Shown here: piece by piece, positions 1 to 13,860 of the stretch
Layout of the letters: the number at the start of each line of letters is the position of its first letter
Position numbering within the stretch: the stretch's first letter is position 1
Origin: Octopus vulgaris
Lineage: Eukaryota
DNA: 64,000 nucleotides
Direction of reading: 5' to 3'
Assembly: GCA_951406725.2 (NCBI GenBank)
Contig: OX597834.1
Coordinates: 46,438,001-46,502,000, forward strand
The notes under the pieces: generated by a model
Told to the model about the DNA's origin: nothing
The model's input: only the letters and a program-made list of their open reading frames with translations
The model's database searches: none
Translations under genes and position numbers: made by a program

Positions 1-1450
1 CTCACACATATATTTACATGGAGAATTTTATGCGTGTCTATGGATGCGTGTTTATATATATGTATGCATCTATGTGTATATAAGAGTATGTGTTCGTTTA
101 TGTGTATAGGTGCATTTGTGTGTAAGGGTGTATGTGCTTGCGTACGTAAGTGTGGGTGCATATGTATACGTTTAGATGTGTGTTTGTGTGTATGTAGCAT
201 TCACCTATCGGTTTTTAAAAATAGTTCTATTTCAATCTATATTGTCCAAAAACGAAAAAGAAAATTTCATTCAACTGAACTTGTTAGAGTTATGTCCCTT
301 GAGTGCTGTCTTTTTATATTGATACAGCCGTAGAGGGAGTTTCTGTCGACTAATTGGTTGTATAATGTTACGCATGTGTAACCCCACCCAAGGTGTGTGT
401 GTGTGCGAGCGCGCATGATCGAGTTCCTGCTTGATCCAGTGTGTATACATGTGTGTGTGTGTGTCTGCTTTGTGCGTACATATACGTGTTTAGGTATATT
501 GTAGGTTAGTGTGAGTGGGCGCGTATATATGCATACACGTGTATGTGACACGTATGTTGACCTTATCTTGATTTTTCATTAAGATGCAATAGTTTGTTGT
601 TGCTGTTGTTTTTGCTACAGCTGTTGTTGTTTATAAAGTTGTTAATGATGTTTCTTCTTTGTTTAAGAAAAAAAAACAATATAATTTAAAGAACTTTGGC
701 TATTTCTAGCAGATTGGAAGAGCCCCCTACACGCCCTCATTTTGACTCGGTTATTGCTCTTATTGTTGTTACCGTTCGTGGTGGTGGTGGTGGTGCTGCT
801 GGTTTTGGGCGTGTGCATTTGTCCTTTTTCTGTTGTTTTTCTTTGGTGGTGGTCGTGGTGGTGGGTAGTGGTAGATTTTTTATCTCGAGTAGCTTTTTAT
901 TGGCGCCAATCTTTCCCACTGTCTGTCTGTCTGTTTCTCTGTTTATCCTTCTCACTTCTCACGCACACACACTTACAATCATACACGTACACACGTTTTA
1001 CGATAACTGCAATAAAAAGTTTCGAAACAACCGGACAATCATCATCAGAATCACACCCATTACTTACAGACAAGATGCAGTGGAGTATATATGATAATAT
1101 ATTGCTTCCTTGAAAGTCTTACCAGTCAATCTCAAATTCTACAATGCCAAAAATAACAACAACAACGATGACAGCAATAACAATAATGTTTGTTTTGCAG
1201 AAACTCTGACATCTTCTTGTTTATAATATCCACTTTGAATTGCGGTGTAGTAGAAAATAATGTCCTTCTTCTGTACAAAAACACCGTACCACTTTCTGTG
1301 GATTTGATCGTCTGTGGTTTAATAAGTCCAATACAATACATTTAGTCATTACTCACACTTCTCTCTCTCTTTCTCTTTTCATCGTGCCTTCTTTTCATGT
1401 AATCTATCACCCTTTCTTCCTTTCTCTCTCTATTTTGCTTTCTCTCTCTC

Positions 1451-1503
<53 letters not shown>

Positions 1504-1894
1504 CTCCTTTTGTCATCATTCTTCCACCTCTCCCACTCTGTTTTTTCTCTCCCCTCTCTTTCTCAACGTACACGCGTAAACACGTACACATTCACATTTA
1601 CAATTACATACATTAATAAACACACTCACGCACACACACACACACACACACACAAATATACACTTCTGTTATCGTCTGCCATCTGACAATTTCTTTAACG
1701 TGTCATAGTTTTTAATTATTTTCTCCTCGTAAACGAAAAAGAGTAACCTCTCCAAGAACCCTACTTTTTTCTCATTTTCTCTTTTAAAATGTTGAAAAAT
1801 AAAGTGCAGAATTGTCTGACACAGAAAGAATAAGAGAGAGAGAAAAAAAGGGAGGATTCATATTCTTTGAAAAAAAAATGTAATAATTTAGTGT

Positions 1895-2128
1895 TTAATT
1901 CTTTTTGTATTTGCCTAATATCAATAAATATTTATCGTCTGATGAGATAGCAGACGTTAACGCTGTCTCCCCTGTGTCAGGGTCATGACGTGGACTGGTT
2001 GATGAAGCCTTTGGTTGATCAGTTCGTTTAAATTCGATGATTTTGGTCGGATTGTGATGACTCAGGTAATGTTCTAAGGTATCCCAACCGCCGCCAACAC
2101 GCACCATCAAATGTTTTTCTTTAAGCAG
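1895..2128 (-). CDS. GAS2: GAS2-like coding exon 6 (second half of GAR domain, C-terminus, stop)
   Basis: Acceptor gacttttacag. Encodes [28 protein letters not shown]...[14 protein letters not shown], with the [11 protein letters not shown] signature. The short tail resembles the vertebrate GAS2 C-terminus rather than the long tails of GAS2L1-3. Confidence 0.93.
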   Translation of the reverse strand: MLKEKHLMVRVGGGWDTLEHYLSHHNPTKIIEFKRTDQPKASSTSPRHDPDTGETALTSAISSDDKYLLILGKYKKN

Positions 2129-2455
2129 CTGTAAAAGTCATAGCGTTGACACGAAATTAGATTTGTAGTAATAGTAAGGAAACAAAATGGCGAACTAAAT
2201 ACAATGAACAGAGAAATACAAAATGACACAGGATTTTAAAATAAGATACGAAATAAAAAGACATTAAAATAAAATTAAAACATTGTTTAACAATATTTAA
2301 ATAACCCTTAAATACAGATATATTATTTTTAAATATTTAAAAGATATTTAAATATTCTTTACAGAAAATCATTAATACCAAAGGGTACACTTTTATATCG
2401 TTGCTTAAAACGGCACAGTTTGCAGTAGCCATGATGCTGAAGATTACTCTGATAT

Positions 2456-2880
2456 TGTTGTTCCTATATACGCTTTCACTATTCCAAAAAAGAGATCAAT
2501 CGTGGTGAGCACGAAGATTCGGCGTTCGCAGCACGCTTCACAGTTCCGAAGACGGTAACGACCAAGGAAGCAGCAACAGACGGCGACCTACTATAGGAAC
2601 CGTGCCTCATATTCTTACTCCTTGATTTATTGTAAGTCTATTTATACTATTACTTGAAGATTACGAACTATCAATGAACATGTGGTGAGGAAAAGACATT
2701 TTAGTCAATAACTAGTATTTAATTCTAGTTATTATGGCAAATACGGAAGATATATCCGAAGATATTTCTGTCTTAAAATTAACTCATCAGTAAAGCATAG
2801 ATTTCACTCCATGTGCCGAAGCTGGAATGTGGCAAATACTAACGAGATGCACAATACTGCGCATAAATAGCTTCATAAGA
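2456..2880 (+). mobile_element. Possible decayed LTR-retrotransposon 5' end (LTR, PBS-like motif, gag-like start)
   Basis: Segment 2456-2680 has TGTT...AACA ends, is followed by tgTGGTGAGG, then by a broken ORF start MANTEDISEDISVLKLT. Recognised by pattern only. Confidence 0.3.
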
Positions 2881-3137
2881 AAACAATGGCTGCATTCGTC
2901 GCAACAAATGAAATTCTTTTTAAAAAACGAAGGCACTTAAAAGGAATTAATAATTATTTCTAAAATAGACTAAAAATTCATCGATATTTTGAAGGGAAAG
3001 AGTCAATGATTTCGACCTCAACACTTGCTGGAACCTTAATAGTTAATCAACTTCGAAAAGATAAAAGAGAAAAGTTAACAAACTGCTCTTGGTATCTGAA
3101 TTGAGAACGTAAAAGATTACAAGATATTTCGTCGGTG

Positions 3138-3366
3138 TCGAGCACTCTGACACCATCCAGCACTCTTGGTCACAGAGCTTTTTGACTATGGAGTAACCTA
3201 GCCATCGTAAACTCTTGTCATCGAACACTCTGATGAACGAGCACTCTGGCCATTTAACGCTTTGGTCATTCAGAATTCTGGCCATTGAGCAATTTGGCCA
3301 TCGAGCATTCGGATCATGTAGCACGCTGACCATCGAGCATTCTGGCTATCGAATACCCGATCATTG
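3138..3366. repeat. Degenerate ~16-bp minisatellite (consensus ~TCGAGCACTCTGGCCA)
   Basis: About 14 diverged units such as cgagcactctggccat, tcgagcattcggatca and tcgagcattctggcta. Confidence 0.75.
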
Positions 3367-3491
3367 GGAACTCCAAAACCAGTTGAGCATTTGGAAGCCG
3401 TCCAGTACTCTCAACTATTTCTGCCAGGCCATACCACCATTCTTACTGTTAATAACGATAGGACAAATAAAGACGACAGAAGACAAGGTAT

Positions 3492-3561
<70 letters not shown>

Positions 3562-3596
3562 TAATAGCAATAATAGTAATAGCAATAATAGTAATA

Positions 3597-3657
<61 letters not shown>

Positions 3658-4040
3658 CAATAATGACGACTGCAATGACAACGAAATCGAGGTGGAAAGT
3701 TAAAGAATAGATTGCTAGAAACAGAAGATATATTTTTGTTGATTTCGATTTCAAATGTAAGAATTATTTAATTAGACACGCAACACTTTGTTATTAAAAT
3801 AAAACAATTAGTTAATTAAAAATAAACAATTAGTTAATTACCCCCACAACACAAAGCGGTATTTTGATAATTAGAAACGCAACAGTTTGTTAATTGAAGA
3901 CAAAAGCAAAGGTGGAGAGGAGCGGAGAGGGAGTGGAGCAGAGGTGGGTTGGGAAAATTACACCAAACCAACTCGAAAGCAAACCCAATTAATAATAATG
4001 ATAATAACGACAACAAAATTACAACAACAACAACAACAAC

Positions 4041-4088
<48 letters not shown>

Positions 4089-5200
4089 CACAACTACAAT
4101 TATCACAATAATAACAATTAAAATGATAATGATTTCAATAACAACAACAACAACAATAATGATAATTGTTTCTTCTGATGAAGGCAATAATAATTATTAG
4201 TTTCTTGTTAATGTAATAGTATTAAAGGATATAATAATTAACAGTGGTATACTAATCACAACATGGTCGTCGTCGTCGTCGTCATTATTATCATCCTCAT
4301 CTTCATCATCCTCATACTCATCCTCATCATCGCTATTATCATCCACAGTCACCACGAAAAGTCTTCAAAAACTTCGATTTCCATCATCATCATCATCGTC
4401 TTCTTCTTCATTGCAATCATACCATCATCATAACCACTACGTCTACCACCACCACCACCACCACCACCACCAGCACCTCCATCGACGCCATCCCCACCAC
4501 CACTACCTACATCACCGTCATCGTAATCACTCACCATCGTAAACCACATGACTATCACCACCATCACCATCATCATTGTTATCGTCACCAAGACCATCGA
4601 CATCAACCATCAACACAATCGATGAAATTTAAAAGGTACAATAAAAGGGGACAGTAAGCGATACACCACATGAATAGCAACAAGAACAAATAACAACAAC
4701 AACAACAACAAGTACAGCGTAAACAACAACAACTAAAGTTTTATGAGAATATGGGTTTCTGGTGTTGGGCTAAAGCACAGCAACAACAATAACAACTACA
4801 ACAAAAGCAACGTGCTGAACAAAAAATAACAATAATAATACTCATTTGTCCAGTAAATTCAACTTGTCAATCTCAATAGGAACAACAAGAGAAAGCTGTT
4901 TTAGCAACAGATATAGCGATACAGCGACAACAATTACTTTGAACAACATCTGTAGAGACAACACCAGGATCATCATCAGGATATGTAAAGACAACAACAA
5001 AAACAACCACAACAACAACACCAGCAGTCACAGCAACAACGATAACAACACCAACAACCACAATATCAAAAACAGCAGTAAAAACAACAATAGCAGCAGC
5101 AGCAATAATAACAACAACAATAAGAACCAGAACAATAAAAGCAACCACAACAATAATGACAACAACAATAAGAACCAACAATAACAGCAACAACAACGAC
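3492..5200. repeat. Cluster of trinucleotide microsatellites and low-complexity tracts ((TAA)n, (CAA)n, (CAT)n, (CAC)n)
   Basis: Directly visible; source of the poly-N/I/L/V ORFs in the track. Confidence 0.9.
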
Positions 5201-5435
5201 AGCCACGACGAAACAATTCTAATTAGAACAAAAACAATGGCCGTTTTCAGAAACAGCTGTCACGACTATAACAGCTAAAATGTATCCAGTAAATTTAAGT
5301 ATGTCTATCTCTATTTTTCAACACCCACTGGAACAACAACAATAACAACAGTAGCAGTTAATGCAACAACATAAATTGCAGCAACAGTCATTTGTCCTGT
5401 AAATTTAAGCAGATTATATCAAAACACCAACAACG

Positions 5436-5508
<73 letters not shown>

Positions 5509-5510
<2 letters not shown>

Positions 5511-6065
5511 GTTCTGATGCAGTACCAGGCAGTGGCTCTCATGGCTTCTGACCTTAACTGATTGGAAGTGTTATCATGTACATTGTTTTGTCTTGGTATA
5601 GAAGATGGGCTACAGCAAATATTCTGCTCAATACCACAGATTTGCTTTGTCAGTTGTTTGAATTTAACCAGTTGAGCATGTCCCTTAAGGGCTGCCAATA
5701 TGTGCATCTCTGATCACGCGCAGAAGTAGTGGGGGACTATCATAGCCATGTGTTGAGAGGAATTCTTTGGGGTTTGAATTATTCACCTCTGGAAACATGG
5801 GTGTTTCGTTCATCATCCTTAAACAACCCTTATTCAGGGACCTTTAGAGCGGGATGGGTTACTCGACAAGAAGAAAATTCTAACTGGGCCCCACCTGCAA
5901 GATAATGTGCTGTTTATCTTGATATGAGATCACCATGTCACACACATATGGTTGTGATGCATGTGCCTAGTGGACCCTTATCAGACGGGTAGTCATGATG
6001 GGTATACTGGGCTTCGTATATTTTACCCCAGTATCACTTTGATGGCATGCACTGCTCTCTCACTC
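5509..6065 (+). mobile_element. ~550-bp non-coding interspersed repeat (retroposon-like) flanked by (TAA)n on both sides
   Basis: Highly similar copies at ~31468-32013 and ~62270-62676. Ends in a (TAA)n tail and is preceded by (TAA)n. Confidence 0.75.
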
Positions 6066-6087
6066 AATAATAATAATAATAATAATG

Positions 6088-6151
<64 letters not shown>

Positions 6152-6584
6152 TAATAATAATAATAACAATAATAATAATGATGATGATGATGATGAGGTG
6201 CAATACTATTTTCAAAAACCACTGCAATAGCAACAACAGCAACAAGTGCAGCAGCATCAAAGTGTGCACATAGTTAGTAGGTATAGGATTAGTGAAGCAG
6301 AAAGACAAAAAGAGAGGGATAGAGAAAGAGAGAGAAGAGGAGAGTGAAAGGAAGGGGGATTTTCGAGAGATGAAGTTTGTTTATTTGTTGGATTGTTTCT
6401 TTCTTTTTCTAGAAGCTATTCTAACATTTTAAAGTAGTGAGTAAGAGACAAGATACAGGAGTAAATAAAATGAACCTGGAGAAAGCGAATACGTAGAGTA
6501 GCTGTGTAGCGAGAAACGAAAATTCAGACGAAGAAGACAGAGACTAGACGATGAAGAGTACAGAATTGGGTTATGGAGACAGTA

Positions 6585-6890
6585 AATGTTTAGGTCAGCT
6601 GAAGCATTAGGTCCTCTTGCCCTGCTCAGCGAATTGGGCGGTAAGCTTCTTCCACCACGCACGTTTGACTGTTTTCTTTCCATCTTGAAATGTCTGCTGC
6701 TAAGTAATCTTCGGCGCACCCTGTTACGCCTGCTGTCAGGTGGTACCCAAGCCATGCTTGGTTTCGCGCATCGTTGATCGGTTCGACCCAATAGGATATT
6801 GAGAAGAAAAATTAACCATAAACCCGTAGAGACGTTGGACATATTGAGCAGAGGCAGAGGCAAAAGCTGTCCAGTTTTGCGGAAATAATT
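6585..6890 (-). mobile_element. RTE-like LINE 3' ORF fragment (decayed)
   Basis: Minus-strand peptide DQRCAKPSMAWVPPDSRRNR, continuing after a frameshift as GAPKIT*QQTFQD, matches the RTE-clade W.P..G.R.RGRPK.TW motif. Confidence 0.55.
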
Positions 6891-7403
6891 TTATTCCACT
6901 CTACCGAACTTATAGAGCGCACGTCTAGGTTTGCTTAATTGCCATTTTCGCCCGCGTGTACGGCATGTGTGTGTGTGTGTACAGAGACAGACAGACAGAT
7001 GAAGAGAGAGAAGGAGAGAAGGCGTGACTGTGTAGTAAGTAGATTGCTTCTCAACTTCATGGTTCTGTGATCAGTCTCACTGCGTAGCGCCTTGGTGAAA
7101 GTGTCTCCTACTATAACCTCGGGCTGACCAAAGTCCTGTGAGTGAATTTGGCTGACTAAAATTAAAAGAAACCCATCGAATGTGAGGGCGAGGGGGAGGG
7201 GGTCCGTGCGTGTGTGTGTGTATTTGTGTTTGCGTTTTTATCCCCCACCTGACAACCGGTTTTGGTTTGTTTACGACCCCGTAACGTAGTGGCCAGGGGA
7301 AATTAACTGATCCTACTGTATTTTTTTTTATCCAAAGTCAGGAACTTTTCAGCAAACCCTCGTATATATTTTATAAATATGTCTGTATATATACATGTAT
7401 ATC

Positions 7404-7463
<60 letters not shown>

Positions 7464-8040
7464 CAGAGAGGGAGAGAGGGAGAGAGAGAGAGAGAGGGAG
7501 AGAGAATAGCAGAGAGCGTGGAATCGAGAGGCATAGGAAAAATCGAGAAAAAGTAAGGGAGAGATTGAGATGAGGAGAGTGAGTGAGAGAGAGAAAGAAA
7601 GAAAGAAAGAAAGAGAGATTAAGAGTAAGAAAAGTGAGTGGAAGGGATTGTTAGTCAAACAACGCAGCAACATCAACAGCAACAACAGCAAAAGTGACGG
7701 GAAAACAAACCAAATTAATTTGGAAATAAAAACGGTTTAGGAATTGGTTACTTCTTACTCAGGCATGCATTTTATGGCATCGTTTGATTTAACAGAATTC
7801 ATGACATCTGGGGAAAGGGAAAGGCATTCATGACACAACATCTCCTTTTGTATGAATAAAGATTATAAAAATAATCCTTTAGAGCTGCGTCCTATCAAAT
7901 GATATGTTATATACGCGCGCGCGTATGTTTTACAACATTAGAACAGAGTAGCTTGGACAAAAGCGTGAAAAAATTCAGCTTTAACTAAACTCCAAATAAA
8001 TAAGACTATAAGTAATAGCATATAAGTGTGTGTGTATTAC

Positions 8041-8118
<78 letters not shown>

Positions 8119-8213
8119 ACATACATTTAAAACTAAAGGTATTTGTGTGTGTATGTCTATGCGCGAATGCCTACGTGTATGAGTTATATACATGTAATAT
8201 ATGTACCAATAGT

Positions 8214-8460
8214 GGAGGCGCGTGGCTTAGTGGTTAGGGTGTCAGCATCACGATCGTAAGATTGTGGTTTCGATTCCTGGACCGGGCGACCCGTTGTGCT
8301 CTTAAGCAAAACACTTCATTTCACGTTGCTCCAGTCCACTCAGCTGGCAAAAATGAGTAATGCTGCGATGGACTGGTGTCTCGTCCAGCTGCGGAACACA
8401 TGCGCCATAGGAACCGGGCCCATGAGCCTGGCTAGGCTTTAAAAGGGCGCATTTATTTAT
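8214..8460 (+). mobile_element. tRNA-derived SINE, family B
   Basis: A box tggcttagtgg and B box gtttcgattcc. Close copy at 47029-47282; related copies at 45532-45860 (+), ~9145-9470 (-), 27849-27990 (-) and 28087-28190 (+). Confidence 0.85.
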
Positions 8461-8473
8461 TTTATATGTACCA

Positions 8474-8510
<37 letters not shown>

Positions 8511-9639
8511 CATATAGACGGGCATGTATATATATTCATACCTAATTGTATGCGTATGCGTGCATCTGTGTTCACGCGCGGGAGTGCGCGTTTGTATTTA
8601 TAACGCATGGTAATTAGTAGAATGTATTCAAATGGATCGACGCCAATTCTTGTTTGGTTCACTTTTAGATCACAGGCGGATAAATATCAAAATCTACCTC
8701 GATTCGATTTGAACTCATTGATTAAAATTAACTTAACGCAACTTTAACTAATTATTTGGTTTGCTACTCTGTCGATGTTTCTAACATCCACAGCCTCTCA
8801 CTCTTATGAAGGTTCTAAAGACAGATCTAAGGGAGACTGTATCATAGCACCGGGAATTTTGAAAATCGAGGTAGGATATAAACAAACGGCAGAACTGGAC
8901 AACTTTATGGGCAGAAAAGAAAACGAGAACCGGCTGAATGCAGGGGACATAACTTAGGTCAACGTAAATTTCAAAGGGAGGTAATTAAACAAGAAAATTG
9001 CAGCAAAGCTGCATGAAAGTGGTGTCGAACGTGACATACACACCCGAGTTGTTTGACATTGCGTTTATATAAAATATATATATATATATATATATATACA
9101 CATCGCTCCAAACTCACTTCATATGTATATATTTGTGTGTGTGTGTGTGGTCCTCCATCGGTTGTGACGGCAAGAGTTCCAGTTGGTCAGATGATCTACG
9201 AATCAGCCTGCTCATGAGATTAACGTGCAAGTGGCTGAGCACTCCACAGACACGTGCACTCTTAACGTAGTTCCTAAAGAGATTCAGCGTGCCACAAAAT
9301 GGGACAAGGCTGGCCCTTTGGAATTACAGGTACAACTTACTTTTGCTAGATGAGTGGACTGGAGCAACATGAAATAAGGTGGTTTCAAGGAGATAACACA
9401 CCACTAGGAGTCGAACTCACGACCTTGCAACCTTGAGCCGAATACCGTAATCACTAAGCTAGTTGCTTTTATATATATACATTCACACGTGCACGCGCTC
9501 ACACACACACATACTGCTGATATTTCTGATATTGCTTGCGAATTACACGTCTGTGGAATACGCAGCCACTTAGGCGGAGCAGATAATTCAGTTGATCGAA
9601 CAACTGAATCCTCGTCCTCAAACGACGTGGGTCCATTCG

Positions 9640-9708
<69 letters not shown>

Positions 9709-11715
9709 TACATGGACACACAGTTCGATTTCTAATTTTCAATTGCGTTTTGATTTTTACTTTTTCATTTTCAATTTCCGTCTCAATTTTTCAATTGTCC
9801 ATTTATAATTCTTCAAATATTTAATTATAATTTTCAGTCCACAGAAGTTGAACAGTTTACAAACCATTAGAAAACTGTGCAATGTTTTTTCTTTCTCTTC
9901 AGCTTGTATGGGTATTTTCTTTTTTCATATTTTATTTTCTTTTTAGCTCCGAACGACCCTTATGGACGCCCCCTGAGTAAGACGACAGATGAGAGTTCGG
10001 CCATGTCTTGCTCAACAAGCTGCACAGATGATTTGTTTATAATGATAGACATTTGTGCCGCACATTTGCTCCCAGGCACAATCAAAATCGAGATTGTCTG
10101 TACAGGCCATAGGTGTGCCACACGTCCCATGTTGAAATGGTCAGTGTGAAATAAGAACACAACGCGCTGCCCGGTTCAGGAATCGAAGCCGGAAACGGGA
10201 AAACATGCCTTGAATGTAGAACTTTAAATGTAGAACAGGATCGTCAGTGCAACGCCACCACGACCACCACCACTAAAAGAGTGGTATGGTTCTAATGGAA
10301 TCCATATGCAGTTTCAATTTCTGATGATTTACTGCCCAAGCTAAACCATGTCTAACGGATTTGGGCGAAGAATTGCTGCAGAACTTTAGGCAAAGCCTTT
10401 TATGGAATTTGTTGAACATCAGATATAACTTTGTGGTTAAGAAGTTCGCTTTTCAGCCATGTGGTTTTGGGTTCAGTTCCACTGCGTGGAACCTTGAGCC
10501 CCGGGTCGACCAACGCATTGCGAGCAAATATGGATTACAGAAACTGTGAAGAAGCCTGTCATATGTGTGTGTATGTATGTATGTATGTATGTACGTATGT
10601 ATGTACGTATGCATGTACGTATGTACGTATGTATGTATGTATGTATGTATGTATGTATGTATGTATGTATGTATGCATGTACGTATGTATGTATGTATGT
10701 ACGTATGCATGTACGTATGTATGTATGTATGTATGTATGTATGTATGTATGTATGTATGTATGTATGTATGCACGTAAGTATGTGCATCTGTGTAAGTGC
10801 GTAGATGTATATGTATATATATATATATATATATATACCGTATTTGATGTCATAAATGATGCACTCCAATTTCGACAGCGTATATTCAGGAAAAATGTTT
10901 TTAGTACATTAAAGCATGTGATATACACCTTTCCCCCAGACCACCCATACCCTCCTTTTTTCTATTTTTTTTTTTTTTGCAAAAAGTGATTCTTATTTGA
11001 GACAAAAAAAAAAAGAAATGTGTTTCTTATATGCTATGAAATACTGTAAATATAGGATGTGACGTTGAAGTTTCTCCAATAAACACTTGTTAAACTGCCT
11101 GACAAGCCCTTAGTGGCCAAACTTTGAAGTGTCACAGTTCGTTTCTCTTTCTCTCTTATAAAGCATTTAGATTCTACTTTAGTACTGTATTTTTCTTTTG
11201 GGGGGGGGTGCTTTCTTTTGTTTTGCATTTTTTCAGTTAATATTCGTACTTCTTTTTATTCTTTTCATTTTTCTTTACATTTACTCAGACACAAACACCG
11301 AAATCTCTTTTTAGATGCTCGTGTTTTTGTCAGTTTTAAACTTAAAATCTATAAAATTAGTTTGCATAAAAAATAGAATAGTAGGTTTTTAAAAACATAA
11401 ATTCTTCGGATTGAAATCGGTATGATTTCTTTAAAAAAAATATAAGCAATAAAATACCTTTAAAATAAAACAAAATAAAAAATTTAATAATAAAACATAA
11501 TAATGTCCCTATGTTGTTTTTGTTTCTTTCACAAAATACAAAACGGAACCATTTTTATAAAAGCTCATCCTAATCTCATTCCAATTTTGATATCTTATAT
11601 TTTCTTAATTAAAATCAAAAGTAATTACCAATTAAAATGCATGCCTGGAAATCCAAGTCTGAAAATGAATTCTTAAAATAAATAGAAATCCTTGAGACGT
11701 GGAAGCAGTGGTGTC

Positions 11716-11829
<114 letters not shown>

Positions 11830-11915
11830 CTTTTTTTTTTGCCTCATCGTACTGAGAATTTTTTTTTTTAATTCTTGGGATTTTTTTTGTTTTTGCTTTT
11901 TGCAAGAATTCTTAC

Positions 11916-12011
11916 CCGAATGAAGACAACTCGTCCAAAAATGGAATATTTGCCCTCAGAAATTTGGCACACTTGATCACTAACGTGATGTTGTGAAGCA
12001 ATAAATTTGAC
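11916..12011 (-). CDS. GAS2: GAS2-like coding exon 5 (first half of GAR domain)
   Basis: Acceptor ttttcccgtttcag and donor gtaag; 96 nt, phase 0/0. Encodes VKFIASQHHVSDQVCQISEGKYSIFGRVVFIR (GAR motif ISEGKY..G...FIR). Not in the ORF track. Confidence 0.9.
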
Positions 12012-12739
12012 CTGAAACGGGAAAATATGCTTTCAATGTAGAACTTTGTGGCTTGCAGACAAACTTCATTACCTGATGTTGGCTCTTTTTACAATTGCTG
12101 CGTGGTGGTGACACGAATGAGGGATAATGCTGTTGTTTGTGTTTATCATTATTATATTTTTTACTCGGATATGCAGGCATAGTTAAGGTGAAGAATTTGT
12201 AGAAACAACTAAAAGAAGAAGAAAAAATAGCAGATGGTCTTTGATTTTAGGCACATATTTCTGAAGTGTTGACAACGGTTTCAAATTTTGCTACAATGAT
12301 ACAAAGCCCAGCAATGTTGAGAAGGGGTCTATTATATCGACCCTTATCTCCATCAGTACTTGACTGTTATTTTCTATTACTAATCCCGAAAGGATTAAAA
12401 GCTAAGTTGATCGCGTTGAGATTAGAAGGCAATTTGCAAAGAGCCTCTAAGAAAGGCCACTAATGTTAACGATTCTGCTATTCTGGAATCATTCGTTAAG
12501 GGATACAAGAAAATACATTTGGAAAGATTTTAACCGAGGAGAATATTTAATTAATGCATTTCTGTTTAATGGCATTTAATAAAGTAATTATTAAGCATTT
12601 ACGTATTCGTTTCGTTTTGTCGGAACACTCAAGTCTATTTTTGTATGTTCCCGGATCTCTTTGCTTTCGTTATCGTTCTCGCAGAAATATCTACCTAAAA
12701 CCAAAGATCGCATCCTCCCTTTACCATATGTTTTATATA

Positions 12740-12792
<53 letters not shown>

Positions 12793-12864
12793 CTCAAGGT
12801 AGACTTATCAAGTTTGTACGTTTTGGAAACCAACTATGCTGAACTTGAAATTTGTTACTAAGTG

Positions 12865-12918
<54 letters not shown>

Positions 12919-13490
12919 GTAAACATTTTGTTTTACTATACATTACATGCTGACTACTAATATTGATTAATCAATATGACTTAATTACTCTTTTATAATA
13001 TATTTTATAAACAAACAATAAGATTGTGTACGATTTTATCTTATGTATTACAATCATGTAAACAATTAAATTAATCAAACTAATCTAATTACTCTTCTGT
13101 AGTACATTCTATAAACACACAAAAAATAAAATTAATTAAACACGGTAAAAATACCGTTTCAAAAATGTTATAGAAATTATTTCATAATTGTTTTTTACAT
13201 GTGATGATTGCTAGCATAAATGAAAGTGATTTAATTGTTGTTGGCGTTTCCATTGTCAATCGCCATTTCAACTGCATTCTGTACCAGAGAACAATCTCGC
13301 AATGGTCAGCTTCTAAAACGTTCAAATCCGACAAGTCTGCCTTTATTTAATATTAATTACATTTATCTTTTTTCTGTTATTTTATTTTAATTTTGATGGG
13401 ATTTCTTTTCATTTTGATGAAACGGTTTATCTTTTTAGAGAGCGCTGAAAACAAAACAATAATGAAGATTTTTGATTAATAAATATATAT

Positions 13491-13860
13491 AGGCGCAGGA
13501 GTGGCTGTGTGGTAAGTAGCTTGCTAACCAACCACATGGTTCCGGGTTCAGTCCCACTGCGTGGCATCTTGGGCAAGTGTCTTCTGCTATAGCCCCAGAC
13601 CGACCAATGCCTTGTGAGTGGATTTGGTAGACGGAAACTGAAAGAAGCCTGTCGTATATATGTATATATATATATATGTGTGTGTGTATGTCTGTGTTTG
13701 TCCCCCTAGCATTGCTTGACAACCGATGCTGGTGTGTTTACTTCCCCGTCACTTAGACAATCGGCAAAAGAGATCGAAAGAATTTGCTCGACTAAAGGCG
13801 GTGCTCCAGCATTGCCGCAGTCAAACGACTGAAACAAGTAAAAGAATAAAGAATAAAAAG
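13491..13860 (+). mobile_element. tRNA-derived SINE, family A (internal TA/TG microsatellite)
   Basis: Head ggcgcaggagtggctgtgtggtaag...ccgggttcagtccc, core ggatttggtagacggaaactgaaagaagcc, tail gactgaaacaagtaaaaga. Many copies, e.g. 7021-7300, 15000-15302, 28195-28590, 38360-39084, 45915-46361 and 58570-59002. Confidence 0.85.

Noticed and set aside
1938-1950. CTGATGA boxes here and at ~3230, ~4174 and ~56680 as hammerheads
   Set aside because: No stem II followed by GAAA and a cleavage triplet; chance 7-mers.
8214-8290. tRNA genes at SINE heads (also 13491, 45532, 47029, 58282)
   Set aside because: They have A/B boxes but run into SINE bodies and lack a complete cloverleaf with acceptor stem.
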